Of a DNA stretch of 64,000 bases, positions 1-10,564 are shown piece by piece. The notes below the pieces were generated by a model, which did not search any database, had not been told where the DNA came from, and saw only the letters and a list, made by a program, of their open reading frames with translations. This DNA comes from an uncultured Acidobacteriaceae bacterium (lineage in GTDB: Bacteria; Acidobacteriota; Terriglobia; Terriglobales; Acidobacteriaceae). The position numbers were made by a program, and so were the translations under genes. Each line of letters opens with the position of its first letter. The stretch's first letter is position 1. The stretch spans positions 30,378 through 94,377 of the forward strand of contig CAIMKZ010000076.1 in the NCBI GenBank assembly GCA_903842065.1, written 5' to 3'.

Positions 1-1472
1 GCGCCTGCCTGAACGACGGTTTCAAGGCCGTCCGGGAAGGGGAAGAATGCGTCGGAGGCGGCGACACAGCCCTTGAGATCGAGAGCCGCCTTCATGGCTC
101 CGAAGCGGGCGGCGTCGACACGGCTCATCTGTCCGGCGCCGATGCCGAGGGTCTGGCCCTCGCGGGCGTAGACGATGGCGTTGGACTTGACGTGCTTACA
201 AACGCGCCATGCGAAGAGCAGACTGCGCATCTCTGCGGCCGAGGGTGCGCGTTTGGTGACGACCTTCAGGGCTGACTCGTCAACGTGGCCGGTGTCGGCG
301 TCCTGCATCAAAAATCCTCCCGACACGTGCTTGACGACGGGGCGGGGCGAGGCGGGCTTGACTTCGATGATGCGCAGATTCTTCTTGGCAGCGAAGCGTT
401 CGCGGGCCTCGGGGGTAAAAGAGGGTGCGGCGATGGCTTCGACGAAGAGCTTGGCGATCTCTTCGGCGGCGGCTGCGTCCACTTGGCGGTTGATGCCTAT
501 GACGCCGCCGAAGGCTGAGACGGGATCGCAGGCCAGGGCCTTCAAGTAGGCCTCAAGGATGGTGGCTCCGGTGGCCGCTCCACAGGGGTTGGTGTGCTTG
601 ACGATGGCGACGCCGGGGGAGTCGAACTCCTGGGCCAGATCCCAGCAGGCGTCGAGATCGACGAGATTGTTGTAGCTGAGTTCCTTGCCTTGCCATTGGG
701 TTGCGCAGGCTACACCGAGGCCGGATTGGTTGGAATATAGCGCGGCGCGCTGATGGGGATTCTCGCCGTAGCGCATGGTCTGAGAGAGCGGCATGCTGAT
801 GCGTAACGTGGAGGGAAAGCTGTTGGTGTCGAAGGATGCGGGCTCGGCTGGAGCGGGGGCGTCTGCGATCTGCTCGAGCGAGGAGGCTATGGCTGAGTCA
901 TAAGCGGCGGTGGTGGCAAAGGCTTGCTTGGCAAGCTTCCAGCGCGTTGCGCGGGTCAACGAACCGCTATTTGCCGCAAGCTCTTCAGCGAGGGCAGGGT
1001 AGTCCGAGACGCGGGTTACGATGGCTACATCTTCGAAGTTCTTGGCGGCCGAGCGGACCATGGACGGGCCGCCGATGTCGATGTTTTCAATGAGATGGCC
1101 GAAGGCTACGCCGGGCTGGGCGGCGGTCTTTTCAAATGCATACAAATTGACGACGACCATGTCGATGGGCTCGATGCCGTGCGCGGCCACTGCGGCTTCG
1201 TGTTCGGCGTTTCCACGGATATAGAGCAGGCCGCCGTGTACGCGGGGGTGCAGGGTCTTGACGCGCCCGTCGAGCATCTCGGGGAAGCCGGTGAGGTCGC
1301 TGATGTCCTTAACGGCGAGGCCTGCGGTACGCAGTGCGGCGGCGGTGCCGCCGGTGGAGACCAGTTCCACGCCGAAGCCGGAGAGAACGCGGGCGAAGTT
1401 CACCAGCCCGGTCTTGTCGGTGACGCTCAAAAGGGCGCGGCGGATCGGTATCAGTTGCTGCTCACTGGACAC
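1..1472 (-). CDS. purH: Bifunctional AICAR transformylase/IMP cyclohydrolase (3' end runs off window)
   Basis: Not in ORF track (open at window edge). Manual translation from GTG at 1472: [23 protein letters not shown]...[11 protein letters not shown]...[11 protein letters not shown]...MRYGENPHQ...[10 protein letters not shown]...KHTNPCG; AAGGAG SD upstream. Confidence 0.95.
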   Translation of the reverse strand, partial: MSSEQQLIPIRRALLSVTDKTGLVNFARVLSGFGVELVSTGGTAAALRTAGLAVKDISDLTGFPEMLDGRVKTLHPRVHGGLLYIRGNAEHEAAVAAHGIEPIDMVVVNLYAFEKTAAQPGVAFGHLIENIDIGGPSMVRSAAKNFEDVAIVTRVSDYPALAEELAANSGSLTRATRWKLAKQAFATTAAYDSAIASSLEQIADAPAPAEPASFDTNSFPSTLRISMPLSQTMRYGENPHQRAALYSNQSGLGVACATQWQGKELSYNNLVDLDACWDLAQEFDSPGVAIVKHTNPCGAATGATILEAYLKALACDPVSAFGGVIGINRQVDAAAAEEIAKLFVEAIAAPSFTPEARERFAAKKNLRIIEVKPASPRPVVKHVSGGFLMQDADTGHVDESALKVVTKRAPSAAEMRSLLFAWRVCKHVKSNAIVYAREGQTLGIGAGQMSRVDAARFGAMKAALDLKGCVAASDAFFPFPDGLETVVQAG

Positions 1473-1657
1473 GTATCTACTCCTTGATTGCTTGAAATAA
1501 GTGGGCCGCCGGATGCGATGGCGGAGCGATGTAGGTATACATCCAGATTACAACCTCGGAGAAGGCATCTTGCGCCGGACGTTGGCGGCGTAAGCGCGCG
1601 ACTTATCGCCTGTTCGCATCGTCATATCAAAAGATGCGTAGAATTTGACAGATACAG

Positions 1658-1663
1658 TAGAGT
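1658..1663 (+). promoter_or_regulatory. Candidate -10 box (TAGAGT) 6 nt before rhomboid ATG; leaderless-type
   Basis: TAGAGT-taaagc-ATG, no SD visible. Confidence 0.4.
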
Positions 1664-1669
1664 TAAAGC

Positions 1670-2554
1670 ATGGGTAGTTTTCCCCCCGAAGCCAACCCGG
1701 CCAATCCAGTTCCTTTGGAGAACGCCGAGGTTCTGCCTCCTGAAGGCAGGTACATGCCGCCAGCCGGAATGCCTGTGCGCCGGCGGCGTCCTACCTGGGC
1801 AGCGGCTCCAGCCACGCATGTGCTGATCGCGGTCAACTGCCTTGTGTTTCTTCTGATGGTGGCGCGCGGGATTAGCCCAATGAATCCGGGCGTGGATCAG
1901 TTGATGCACTGGGGCGCAAACAACGCGGGCAGCATCCTGATAGATGGCGAGTGGATGCGGATTGTGACCGCGATGTTTTTGCACGTGGGCCTCATTCACC
2001 TGGCCACCAACATGTGGTGTTTGTGGAACCTGGGCCTGCTGGCTGAGCCCTTAATGGGGTCATTCGGGCTGCTGGCCGCCTACATTCTCACCGGCGCCGC
2101 GGGGAACCTGTTGTCGTGCTGGGCCAACTGGGTGTGGCCGATCCGGGAGAGCGGAACGATCTACTTTCCGGCAGGCGCAGGCGCATCGGGCGCGGTCTTC
2201 GGGATCGCGGGGATACTGATCGTTCTGTTGAAGTCGAACCGGCTTCCGGTTCCTCAGCGGGAGTTGAAGAAGCTGCGCCGGTCGGTGATCTACTTTGCCG
2301 CGATCAATCTGGCGATCGGGTTTTCAATCTGGGGCGGCAACCAGGTGTTGCACTCTGGCCTGAATATCGACAATATGGCGCATCTGGGCGGATTCGTCGG
2401 GGGCCTGATGATGGCTGCGCCTATGGTGCCTCGCGTCGGCTCTGATCCCGGTTCTTTCCGGTCTCGCCTGCGTATTGCTCTGCTGGCGATGATAGGCCTG
2501 CTGGTGCTCTTCAGCTTTTATATAGACCATGTTCCGCCGCCGCAGAACTTTTAG
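1670..2554 (+). CDS. Rhomboid family intramembrane serine protease
   Basis: WRIVTAMFLH-like (WMRIVTAMFLHVGLIHLATNM), catalytic GASG and HLGG motifs, multiple TM segments. Confidence 0.92.
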   Translation: MGSFPPEANPANPVPLENAEVLPPEGRYMPPAGMPVRRRRPTWAAAPATHVLIAVNCLVFLLMVARGISPMNPGVDQLMHWGANNAGSILIDGEWMRIVTAMFLHVGLIHLATNMWCLWNLGLLAEPLMGSFGLLAAYILTGAAGNLLSCWANWVWPIRESGTIYFPAGAGASGAVFGIAGILIVLLKSNRLPVPQRELKKLRRSVIYFAAINLAIGFSIWGGNQVLHSGLNIDNMAHLGGFVGGLMMAAPMVPRVGSDPGSFRSRLRIALLAMIGLLVLFSFYIDHVPPPQNF

Positions 2555-2569
2555 CGTGTCTTTCCTGCT

Positions 2570-2947
2570 CTATCGCGTAGCTGTAGTCGCGAACTTCTTG
2601 ATCATCGCGAGCAGCAGCTTGCGGTCGCTCTCATTCAGGTTGGCGGAGTAGCGCCGGATCTGGGTGAGGAAGCGAAGCTCGTCGTCGGAGAGCTTCTGCG
2701 TGTTGAACTGCTTGCCCAGTGTCTCATCGACGAAGAACTGCGCGATGGGCAGGTCGAGGGCCTGAGCGATCTTGGACAGGGTGTCGAGCGACGGGACGGT
2801 GTGGCCGTTCTCAACGCGGGAGAGGTAGCAGCGGAGCAGGCCGGTCTTCTTCTCGATGTCTCCCTGCGAGAGGCCCTTTTGCAGTCTATAAGCGCGGATC
2901 GTTGTGCCGATCTTCATACGGTTGAGCCCCCAGCTCGGTGCTGCCAT
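2570..2947 (-). CDS. XRE/Cro-C1 family HTH transcriptional regulator (true start may be 2917)
   Basis: IRAYRLQKGLSQGDIEKKTGLLRCYLSRVENGHTVPSLDTLSKIAQAL is an HTH_3 pattern. Confidence 0.88.
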   Translation of the reverse strand: MAAPSWGLNRMKIGTTIRAYRLQKGLSQGDIEKKTGLLRCYLSRVENGHTVPSLDTLSKIAQALDLPIAQFFVDETLGKQFNTQKLSDDELRFLTQIRRYSANLNESDRKLLLAMIKKFATTATR

Positions 2948-3107
2948 TTACTGGCTTGGTAGCAATGGAATTACTATTATCATCATAGTTAACATGGCCC
3001 GATGGGGAATGCAAGAGGAAATCTCGGCGCAAACCGGTCTGTGCGCGGGTTAGAGCAAAAAGAGTGTAACGAATTGTAAAGGCACGGGAATTGCGGTAAC
3101 CACCGTA

Positions 3108-6100
3108 GTGCCTGATCCGTCCATCAGTGTAGATAGAGGCAGTTCAGGAGCTCGGGCATTGCAGCAGATCAAAGGAATCATCAGAGCAGTGGCGGCAGCC
3201 GCAGTGGTTGCGGCCGGTTTTGCGATGGCGCAGAGCGCGCCTCCTGCGCCGGCAGCGGAGTCTGCCGCGGCGGTGCAGCCCAGCGCAGCGCCGGTAGCCG
3301 GCGGGCGTTTGCATGGCGTGGTGAAGAGCGGGAGCATTCCACTGCCCGGCGTGGCCGTAACCGCGCAGAACACGCTGACGGGCAGGCGCTACGCCACTAC
3401 GACCGATATCACCGGCTCGTGGTCGATGCAGATTCCGCAGAACGGGCGCTACGTGGTGCGAACCGAGTTCGCGGCGTTTGCGCAGTCGTCGCAGGAAGCA
3501 GTGTTGAACGCAACCCTGCACGAGCACACCCTCGATTTTCAGCTGGTCCTTGCATCTCGTGCCGCAGTTGAAGAGCAGCAGCAGGCCAGACAGGAGCAGG
3601 CGGGCGCAAATGGGATTGTTCAGGCGATTCAACAGCTGGCTGGAACGAATGTGGAGAGCCTGAGCCTGACCAGCACACTCAACGCCGAGACGGAGAGCGC
3701 GGCGGGCGCCACGGCCTCGCAGGGCGCGGAGCTTCCGACGGTAGCGAACAGTGCGGACTTTGGCACGGAGTCGGTGGCAATCAGCGGGCAGTCTGGCCAG
3801 GTGAGCCCGCTGGCCGGCGTAAACATGGATCAGCTGCGGGATGCTCTTGAGACCTTCCGCTCGCAGAACGGTGGTGCGGACGCTGCTATGGGCGGGCTGT
3901 TCAGCGGCGGCGCTCCAGGCCTTTTCGGCGGCGGCGGTGGTGGTATTGCCGGCGGTGGCTTTGCAGGCGGAGGTCCGGGCGGCGGAGGTGCTATGGGAGG
4001 TGGTCGGATGAACTTCCGCAACTTCAACCCTAACCAGCCTCACGGAGCCATCTACTGGAACGGAAGCAACTCGGCGTTGAACGCGCTGCCGTTTTCGTTG
4101 AGCGGCCAGCCGCAGTTGCAGCCGGCTAACGGGACGAATCAATTTGGTTTGACGCTGATGAGCGCGCCGTATATTCCGGGCGTGAGCACGAAGGCAAACC
4201 GGGGTACGGTTTCACTGTCGCTCACAGGCCAGCGCAGCTCGAGTCCGCAGGACTTTTACGCGACCGTGCCGACGCAGGCGCAGCGCGGCGGCGACTTTAC
4301 CGCGTCGGGGCTGGCGGCGATCTACAACCCGGCTACAGGGCAGCGGTTCAGCTATCTGGGCACGCCGAACGTGATGCCGCCGGGACAGATCGCGCCGCAG
4401 GCCGCAGCGCTGCTCGCTTATATGCCGCTGCCGAATCTGACCGGCGCGAATGTGGTGAACAACTACAACTACCATCTGCTGACGACGTCACAGTCGAACT
4501 CGACGCAGGCGGGGTTGCGCTACATGCGGAGCTTTGGCGCCAATGCCATGCAGCAGGGCGGGCGCGGCGGCATGGGAGGAGCAAAGGGCGGCAGATCGAC
4601 GCAGACCGTGCAGGGCCTGCGGCAGAGCATGAGCGCAAACTTCAACTGGTCGCAGTCGGACTCGGATCAGGTGAACATCTTTCCGCAACTGGGTGGCAAG
4701 AGCGGGTCGAACTCGTATTCGGTGCAGGCCGGATACACGCTGGGCTACAAGCGGCTGACCAGCATCTCGAACCTGAGCTGGAATCGCTCGAACAGCCACA
4801 CGACGAACTTCTTCACGAATACGACGACCAATCCAGAGCTGGCGGCGGGGATAGCGGTTCCCAATAATGTGCCGCTGAACTATGGACTGCCGAGCATCTC
4901 GCTTAGCAACTTTACGGGCATGAGCCAGACGCAGCCGAACTTCTCGGTCTCGCAGACGATTGCGTTTTCTGAGACCGTGTCGTGGATGCACGGCAAGCAC
5001 AATATTCGCTTTGGCGGCGACTTCCGGCGGGTGCATCGCGACTTCCTTGCCGGCTCAAACGCAACCGGGCAGTTCACGTTTACCGGAAGTTTCTCCGCGC
5101 AGTACTCGGGGGGGAGCGCGGTGGCGAACACTGGCTCGTCGCTGGCGGATTTTCTGCTCGGGCTGCCTCAGCAGACGACGCTGAACTCATCGCTGCAGAA
5201 GAGCTACCTGCGCGAGAACGTACTGGACGCTTACATTCAGGACGATTGGCGGGTGAAGTCTTCTCTGACGTTGAACTATGGGTTGCGCTGGGAGTACTTT
5301 GCGCCCTACACGGAGAAGTATGGGCGTCTTTCCATGGCGGACACGAATCCCAACGCGATGTTCGCAGGGCAGGGCGAGGTGTCGGCGGGAGGCGTGGGGC
5401 CGGTGAGCGGTCTCAGAATGCCTGAGTCGCTGGTTTCGCCGTGGCGCAAGGCGTTTTCGCCGCGTGTGGGGCTGGCCTGGCGGGTTCCGAAGATAAAGCA
5501 GACCGTGGTGAGAGCCGGTTTCGGAATGAACTATACGGTGGGCGAGTACGCCACTTTCGCGAATTTGATGGCCCGTCAACCGCCATTTACCAACCAGCAG
5601 ACCAATGTAGCGGCGGTGGGCAACGCGCCTTCGATTGCGTGCGTAGCAACGTCGAGCTGCTTCACGCTGGCGAGTGGATTTACTGCGAACGGGGCCTCGG
5701 TGGGCAACTTTGCGCTCGATCCGCACTACGGGCTGCCTTACGTGATGACGTGGAACCTTGACGTGCAGAAGACGCTGCCGCTGGGGATAGTGCTGAATCT
5801 GGGCTACAACGGCTCGCGGTCAAATCATCTGGACATGAAGCTTGCGCCGCGGCGGCTGCCCGCGAGCGCCGGGACCGATCCGAGCGGGCTGATCTTCAAC
5901 TGGGATCAGGCTTCGGGGTTCTACAAGATGAACGCAGGCACGGTGCGCGTGAACAAACGGCTGCAGAAGGGCATTTCGCTGGGCGCAAACTATCAGTTCT
6001 CGCACGCCATCGACAATGCCTCTTCGGTGAACGGCAGTTCGGGTGCGGTGGTGCAGAACTGGCTCGATCCGGCGGCCGATGCAGGCAACTCGAGTTTGGT

Positions 6101-6650
6101 GGCGCGCCACTCGGTGAGCGGGAACTATACGTACGAGCTGCCTTTAGGCGAGGGCCGCATGTGGTTCACGACCGGCGTGCCTAACCGCATCTTGCAAGGG
6201 ATTTCGGTTTCAGGCACCTTTACCTTTGCGAGCGGCGGATGGCTGACGCCAACATTTACATCCACGGCGATCGGCGTTACCTGCGGCACGGCCGGAGCGC
6301 TGCGCGCCAATCGTATCGCGGGTGTTGCGGCGGTTCAGGGCGGGAGGCAGTGGGTGAATCCCGCGGCCTACAGCATGCCTTCGGCGACGCCGGGTTACTG
6401 CGACGCCTTCGGAAACGCCGCGCGCAACTCGATCAATGGACCGGGCAAGATGCTGAACAACATGTCGATGTCGAAGACCGTCAGCATGGGCAGTACGCGC
6501 AGCATGGAACTGCGCGCCAATATCAACAACGTCTTCAACACGGTTCAGTACGCAGGCGTGAACACGACCGTCGGCACGCCGACCTTCGGGCAGGTGAGTT
6601 CGGTGGGTTCGATGCGGTCGTTCCAGTTTACGGCGCGGTTCAGGTTTTGA
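3108..6650 (+). CDS. Outer-membrane TonB-dependent-receptor-like (Oar-type) beta-barrel with N-terminal carboxypeptidase-regulatory-like domain
   Basis: Signal-like N-terminus, LHGVVKSGSIPLPGVAVTA...TTTDITGSW domain, barrel motifs (YIQDDWRVKSSLTLNYGLRWEY, FSPRVGLAW, RTMELR-like, GTPTFGQV), C-terminal QFTARFRF beta-signal. Confidence 0.85.
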   Translation: MPDPSISVDRGSSGARALQQIKGIIRAVAAAAVVAAGFAMAQSAPPAPAAESAAAVQPSAAPVAGGRLHGVVKSGSIPLPGVAVTAQNTLTGRRYATTTDITGSWSMQIPQNGRYVVRTEFAAFAQSSQEAVLNATLHEHTLDFQLVLASRAAVEEQQQARQEQAGANGIVQAIQQLAGTNVESLSLTSTLNAETESAAGATASQGAELPTVANSADFGTESVAISGQSGQVSPLAGVNMDQLRDALETFRSQNGGADAAMGGLFSGGAPGLFGGGGGGIAGGGFAGGGPGGGGAMGGGRMNFRNFNPNQPHGAIYWNGSNSALNALPFSLSGQPQLQPANGTNQFGLTLMSAPYIPGVSTKANRGTVSLSLTGQRSSSPQDFYATVPTQAQRGGDFTASGLAAIYNPATGQRFSYLGTPNVMPPGQIAPQAAALLAYMPLPNLTGANVVNNYNYHLLTTSQSNSTQAGLRYMRSFGANAMQQGGRGGMGGAKGGRSTQTVQGLRQSMSANFNWSQSDSDQVNIFPQLGGKSGSNSYSVQAGYTLGYKRLTSISNLSWNRSNSHTTNFFTNTTTNPELAAGIAVPNNVPLNYGLPSISLSNFTGMSQTQPNFSVSQTIAFSETVSWMHGKHNIRFGGDFRRVHRDFLAGSNATGQFTFTGSFSAQYSGGSAVANTGSSLADFLLGLPQQTTLNSSLQKSYLRENVLDAYIQDDWRVKSSLTLNYGLRWEYFAPYTEKYGRLSMADTNPNAMFAGQGEVSAGGVGPVSGLRMPESLVSPWRKAFSPRVGLAWRVPKIKQTVVRAGFGMNYTVGEYATFANLMARQPPFTNQQTNVAAVGNAPSIACVATSSCFTLASGFTANGASVGNFALDPHYGLPYVMTWNLDVQKTLPLGIVLNLGYNGSRSNHLDMKLAPRRLPASAGTDPSGLIFNWDQASGFYKMNAGTVRVNKRLQKGISLGANYQFSHAIDNASSVNGSSGAVVQNWLDPAADAGNSSLVARHSVSGNYTYELPLGEGRMWFTTGVPNRILQGISVSGTFTFASGGWLTPTFTSTAIGVTCGTAGALRANRIAGVAAVQGGRQWVNPAAYSMPSATPGYCDAFGNAARNSINGPGKMLNNMSMSKTVSMGSTRSMELRANINNVFNTVQYAGVNTTVGTPTFGQVSSVGSMRSFQFTARFRF

Positions 6651-6656
6651 GGGGCA

Positions 6657-6683
6657 GCGGAGTTAGCGGTGTTAGCGGAGTTA
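6657..6683 (+). repeat. 9-mer tandem repeat GCGG(A/T)GTTA x3 just after the barrel stop codon
   Basis: gcggagtta gcggtgtta gcggagtta read directly. Confidence 0.75.
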
Positions 6684-6703
6684 GGGGCGGGAGCAGCGAG
6701 CAG

Positions 6704-8875
6704 ATGAGAAATGTATTTCGGCAGGTTGGAGCTGGATTGGCGCTCGGGGCGCTGTTGATGCCGGTAATTCCGGTGAGCGCGCAGGAAGCGGGGCAGGTCT
6801 CTTCGACTCCGCAGGGCGGCTTTACGCTCAAGGTGAATGGCGAACTGGTTCTGACCAACGTTGTAGCGCGCGACACGAAGACCGGCGAGTTTGTTCGCGA
6901 CCTGAAGCAGAGCGACTTCAAGATTTATGAGGACGGCAAGGAGCAGCCAATCTCGACGTTTGATTTTCAAAGTGTCGAGATGGCTGAGCCGCTCAAAGAG
7001 GCAACCGTGAGTGGACTGGCTGCGGGTCCGGCGAACGGTGGGCCTACTGCGGTTGTTGTTGCCAAGCCCGAGGAGTTGCGCAATCACCGGCTGATCGTGA
7101 TGTTCTTCGATCTGACCTCGATGCAGCCCGAGGATCTGGAGCGCTCGGTCGATGCGGCGCGGGATTTTCTAAAGAACAAGATGCAGCCGGCCGATCTGGT
7201 GGCGCTGGTCTCGCTCGGCGACACGCTGAAAGTGGATCAGGACTTTACAGCGGACAAGGACGCGCTCACCCGCGAGGTAGGCATCTACAACGGAACCGAG
7301 GGCGAGGGCTATCTGACGGCATCGAGCGCCAACCAGACCGAAGACGCAACCGCCTACACGCCAGACGAGAGCGAGTTCAGCGACATCAACACCGACCGTG
7401 AACTGTTTGCGCTCAAGACAATCGCCAAGTCGCTCGAGAAGATCACGGTTAAGAAGTCTCTGCTGTTTTTTTCTGGCGGCATCTCGCGCAACGGCATTGA
7501 GAACCAGGCGTCGCTTCGGCAGGCGATCAATGCCGCGGTGCGCGCCAACCTGGCCGTCTACAGTGTTGACACGCGGGGCTTAGAGGCAGTGCTGCCGATG
7601 GGCGACTCTTCAAAGGGAAGCATGCGCGGGCAGGGCGGATTTACCGGAGCGGCTCTGACCAACAACATGAACCAGAACTTTGCCACGCAGGAGGTGATGG
7701 CGTCGCTGTCATCCGACACCGGTGGCAAGGCCTTCTTCGACTCGAACGACTTTGCGCCGGCCTTTGCGCAGGTGCAGAACGACAGTTCAGCCTATTACGC
7801 CCTCGGCTACCACTCGTTGAATCAGGCGCGTGACGGCAAGTTTCGCAAGCTGACGGTGAAGCTCAACCGGCCCGGCATCAAGTTAGAGTACAGGCCGGGC
7901 TACTACGCTCCGGCAGACTTCCAGCACTCCGGCAAGCAGGACCGAGAACAGGAGTTGCAGGACCAGCTTGCGAGCGATCTGCCTGCCACCGACATTGCGG
8001 TCTATCTCGACGCCATGTTCCTCAGGCTCGATCAGAATCGCTACTATATGCCGGTCTCGCTGCTGGTTCCGGGTTCACAGATACCATTTGTGAAGGGTGG
8101 CGATAAGGACAAGGCCACGCTGGATATTCTTGGCGCGGTTGTAGATGAGGTGCGGAGGCCGATCGGGCGCGCGCGTGAGACCGTCAAGCTGAATCTGGAC
8201 CAGACGATGGGCGCGCGGCAGAAGAACATCCAATACACGACGAGTTTCAATCTGCCGCCGGGCAAGTACACGCTCAAGTTTGTGGTGCGGGAGAATCAGA
8301 CTGGGCGAATGGGGTCGTTTGTCGCTACGATTACTCTGCCCGATATGCGGAAGGCTCCGCTGAAGATGAGCTCGATTGTACTGGCCTCGCAGCGGCAGCC
8401 GGGCAAGACGCCGGAGAAGAGCGGCAAGGGGCAGGAGAGGAACGTCGATCTGCTCATCCGCAATGGACAGCAGTACGTTCCCAACATCAGCCACGTCTTC
8501 CAGCAGGATCAGCACATGTACCTGCTCTACGAGGTCTACGATCCGGCGCGCGAGAAGGCGCAGGCGGGAGCGAAGGAGCAGCCGGGTGCGATCAATTTGA
8601 TCAGTAGCCTTGAGCTGATTCAGGGCTCGACCAAGGTCTACGAGACGCCGATGGTACATGCAAAAGCGATCAACGTTGAGGGCCGCGGAGCGGTTGCGAT
8701 AGAACTCGATGTGCCGCTCGCTGGCCTGAAGCCGGGCCAGTACATCTGCCAGTTGAATGTGGTGGACGATGCGGCGGGCAGCTTTGCCTTCCCGCGTTTT
8801 GCGATTCTGGTGCGTCCGCCTGTTGCGGCGGTCGAGGCGCCGGCAGCGGCTCAGCCCGCGGGCGGGGGGAACTGA
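6704..8875 (+). CDS. Secreted VWA-domain protein of the acidobacterial VWFA type with C-terminal beta-sandwich extension
   Basis: ATG 6704 (the track's 6239 start overlaps the upstream gene); signal peptide; LVLTNVVARD...DLKQSDFKIYEDGKEQPISTF; K-K-L(L)FFSGG, AAVRANLAVYSVD, DTGGKAFF, YALGY, RKLTVK, YRPGYYAP. Confidence 0.85.
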   Translation: MRNVFRQVGAGLALGALLMPVIPVSAQEAGQVSSTPQGGFTLKVNGELVLTNVVARDTKTGEFVRDLKQSDFKIYEDGKEQPISTFDFQSVEMAEPLKEATVSGLAAGPANGGPTAVVVAKPEELRNHRLIVMFFDLTSMQPEDLERSVDAARDFLKNKMQPADLVALVSLGDTLKVDQDFTADKDALTREVGIYNGTEGEGYLTASSANQTEDATAYTPDESEFSDINTDRELFALKTIAKSLEKITVKKSLLFFSGGISRNGIENQASLRQAINAAVRANLAVYSVDTRGLEAVLPMGDSSKGSMRGQGGFTGAALTNNMNQNFATQEVMASLSSDTGGKAFFDSNDFAPAFAQVQNDSSAYYALGYHSLNQARDGKFRKLTVKLNRPGIKLEYRPGYYAPADFQHSGKQDREQELQDQLASDLPATDIAVYLDAMFLRLDQNRYYMPVSLLVPGSQIPFVKGGDKDKATLDILGAVVDEVRRPIGRARETVKLNLDQTMGARQKNIQYTTSFNLPPGKYTLKFVVRENQTGRMGSFVATITLPDMRKAPLKMSSIVLASQRQPGKTPEKSGKGQERNVDLLIRNGQQYVPNISHVFQQDQHMYLLYEVYDPAREKAQAGAKEQPGAINLISSLELIQGSTKVYETPMVHAKAINVEGRGAVAIELDVPLAGLKPGQYICQLNVVDDAAGSFAFPRFAILVRPPVAAVEAPAAAQPAGGGN

Positions 8876-8880
8876 GCAAG

Positions 8881-9069
8881 TTACTCTTCGGGCTTCTTTT
8901 CGGATATTTCGAGGGTCCGGAAGGGGCAGTGGCGGCAGTTCGAATTGCAGCAGCGGCCGCGATTGCGGTAGTAGGAAGGCTTCAGGACGACGTAGCGCCC
9001 GGCTATGAAGTACTCCGAGGGCTTCAGGCCCGAGAGGTCGTCGTCGGCGTACTGGGGATCGCTGTCCAT
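8881..9069 (-). CDS. Small Cys-rich protein, DUF5522-like
   Basis: GRCCNSNCRHCPF resembles the G-x-CC-x3-CRHCP(Y/F) DUF5522 signature. Confidence 0.7.
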   Translation of the reverse strand: MDSDPQYADDDLSGLKPSEYFIAGRYVVLKPSYYRNRGRCCNSNCRHCPFRTLEISEKKPEE

Positions 9070-9103
9070 GTGGCTAGTGTCGCACAGGGAGCGAGAGTCT
9101 CGT

Positions 9104-9109
9104 TACAAT
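9104..9109 (+). promoter_or_regulatory. Candidate -10 box (TACAAT) 6 nt before kdsC ATG; leaderless-type
   Basis: TACAAT-cgagac-ATG; flanked by inverted repeat gtctcg/cgagac. Confidence 0.5.
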
Positions 9110-9115
9110 CGAGAC

Positions 9116-9775
9116 ATGGCACTCACGGCACAGGAACGCGCAAGCAAAATCAAAGTCATCATCTTCGACGTGGACGGTGTATTCACCGACGGAACCATCT
9201 GGCTTGTCCCGGGTGCTGCGCACGGCGGTCTCTTGGATAAGATCAAGAGCAATGACAGCAAGGACACGAGCCTCGGCGTGCAGTCCGACATCCTGATGGA
9301 AGTCAAAGGCTACGGCGCGCACGACGGTATGGGAATCTCGCTGGCCAAACTGGCAGGGCTCAAGTGCGGCATCATCACCAAGCGAATCTCTGAGACGGTG
9401 GCGACTCGCGCACGGGACTTGAAGCTCGAATACATCTACCAGGGCCAGGCCTTCAAGATGAAGCCGATCGAGGAGATCTGCGCCAAGGAAAGCATCGGGC
9501 TCGACGAGATATGCTATGTGGGCGACGACATTATCGATCTGCCGGTGATGCGCCGCTGCGGATTTGCCGTCGCGGTGGCCAATGCGCGCCCGAATGTGAA
9601 GGCCGAGGCACATTACGTGACGCCGAATCGCGGCGGCTATGGCGGCGCGCGAGATGCGATTGAATTCATCCTCGAGGCCAAGGGAATTCTGGACAAGTGC
9701 GTTGAGGACTATCTCGACGAGGGCAAGTCGATTGCGCCGTCGATGGACCTGAGCGCCAGCGGAGGCCCAAGGTGA
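9116..9775 (+). CDS. kdsC: KDO 8-phosphate phosphatase (KdsC/YrbI HAD family)
   Basis: [11 protein letters not shown] motif I, DGMGI, GDDIIDL, AVANA; ATG 9116. Confidence 0.88.
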   Translation: MALTAQERASKIKVIIFDVDGVFTDGTIWLVPGAAHGGLLDKIKSNDSKDTSLGVQSDILMEVKGYGAHDGMGISLAKLAGLKCGIITKRISETVATRARDLKLEYIYQGQAFKMKPIEEICAKESIGLDEICYVGDDIIDLPVMRRCGFAVAVANARPNVKAEAHYVTPNRGGYGGARDAIEFILEAKGILDKCVEDYLDEGKSIAPSMDLSASGGPR

Positions 9776-10461
9776 GCAGGCGGGCCGTTGTACTGCTGAG
9801 CGGGGGGCTGGACTCGGCCACCGTGCTGGCCATTGCGCGCAGTCAGGGTTATGAGTGCTACGCGCTCTCATTTGCATACGGCCAGCGGCACGCGTGGGAG
9901 TTGGAAGCGGCTGAGCGTGTGTCGGACGCACTCGGGGCCAAAGAGCACAAGATCGCAACGATCGACCTGCGCTTCTTCGGCGGATCTGCTTTGACGGCGG
10001 AGATCGATGTGCCAAAAGGGCGCGCGCCGGATGAGATGAGCCACGGGATTCCGATTACTTATGTGCCGGCGAGGAATACGATCTTTTTGTCGTTTGCTCT
10101 GGCGTGGGCCGAGGTTCTCGACGCGCAGGACGTGTTTATCGGCGTGAATGCACTGGACTACTCGGGCTATCCGGATTGCAGGCCGGAGTATATCGAGGCC
10201 TTTGAGAAGATGGCGAACCTGGCCACGAAGGCCAGTGTCGAGGGGGTTCAGCGGCTGAAGATTCATACGCCGCTGATCGCGATGACCAAGGCGCAGATTA
10301 TTGCCAAGGGGATTGAGCTGGGCGTCGATTACTCGCTTACCTCAAGCTGCTACGATCCAGGGCCCGATGGCAGGCCGTGTGGCGGGTGCGACTCGTGTCT
10401 GCTGCGCGAGAAGGGGTTCAAGGAGAACGGGATCGTGGACCCGGTAAGGGCAAGCTGTTAG
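9772..10461 (+). CDS. queC: 7-cyano-7-deazaguanine synthase
   Basis: [25 protein letters not shown]...CGGCDSC Zn ligands. Confidence 0.96.
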   Translation: MSRRAVVLLSGGLDSATVLAIARSQGYECYALSFAYGQRHAWELEAAERVSDALGAKEHKIATIDLRFFGGSALTAEIDVPKGRAPDEMSHGIPITYVPARNTIFLSFALAWAEVLDAQDVFIGVNALDYSGYPDCRPEYIEAFEKMANLATKASVEGVQRLKIHTPLIAMTKAQIIAKGIELGVDYSLTSSCYDPGPDGRPCGGCDSCLLREKGFKENGIVDPVRASC

Positions 10462-10564
10462 CTATTAGCTTTTAGCTGCTAGCTTGTTTTGTGCGGATTC
10501 AACGGTGACGACTTTTGTAAGGATGAGCTAATAGCTAGAAGCTAGAAGCTAGAAGCTAAGAGCT
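10453..10564. repeat. Inverted pair of heptameric AGCT-NNN arrays (5 + 6 units)
   Basis: AGCT at 10453, 10460, 10467, 10474, 10481 and 10526, 10533, 10540, 10547, 10554, 10561. Confidence 0.9.

Noticed and set aside
3900-4010. Poly-Gly GGC runs (also in dnaX 47318-47340) as contingency repeats
   Set aside because: Mixed codons in frame; ordinary low-complexity linkers rather than phase-variable tracts.
6239-6703. N-terminal extension of the VWA ORF in the track
   Set aside because: Overlaps the barrel gene in another frame and the 9-mer repeat; a signal peptide starts at ATG 6704.
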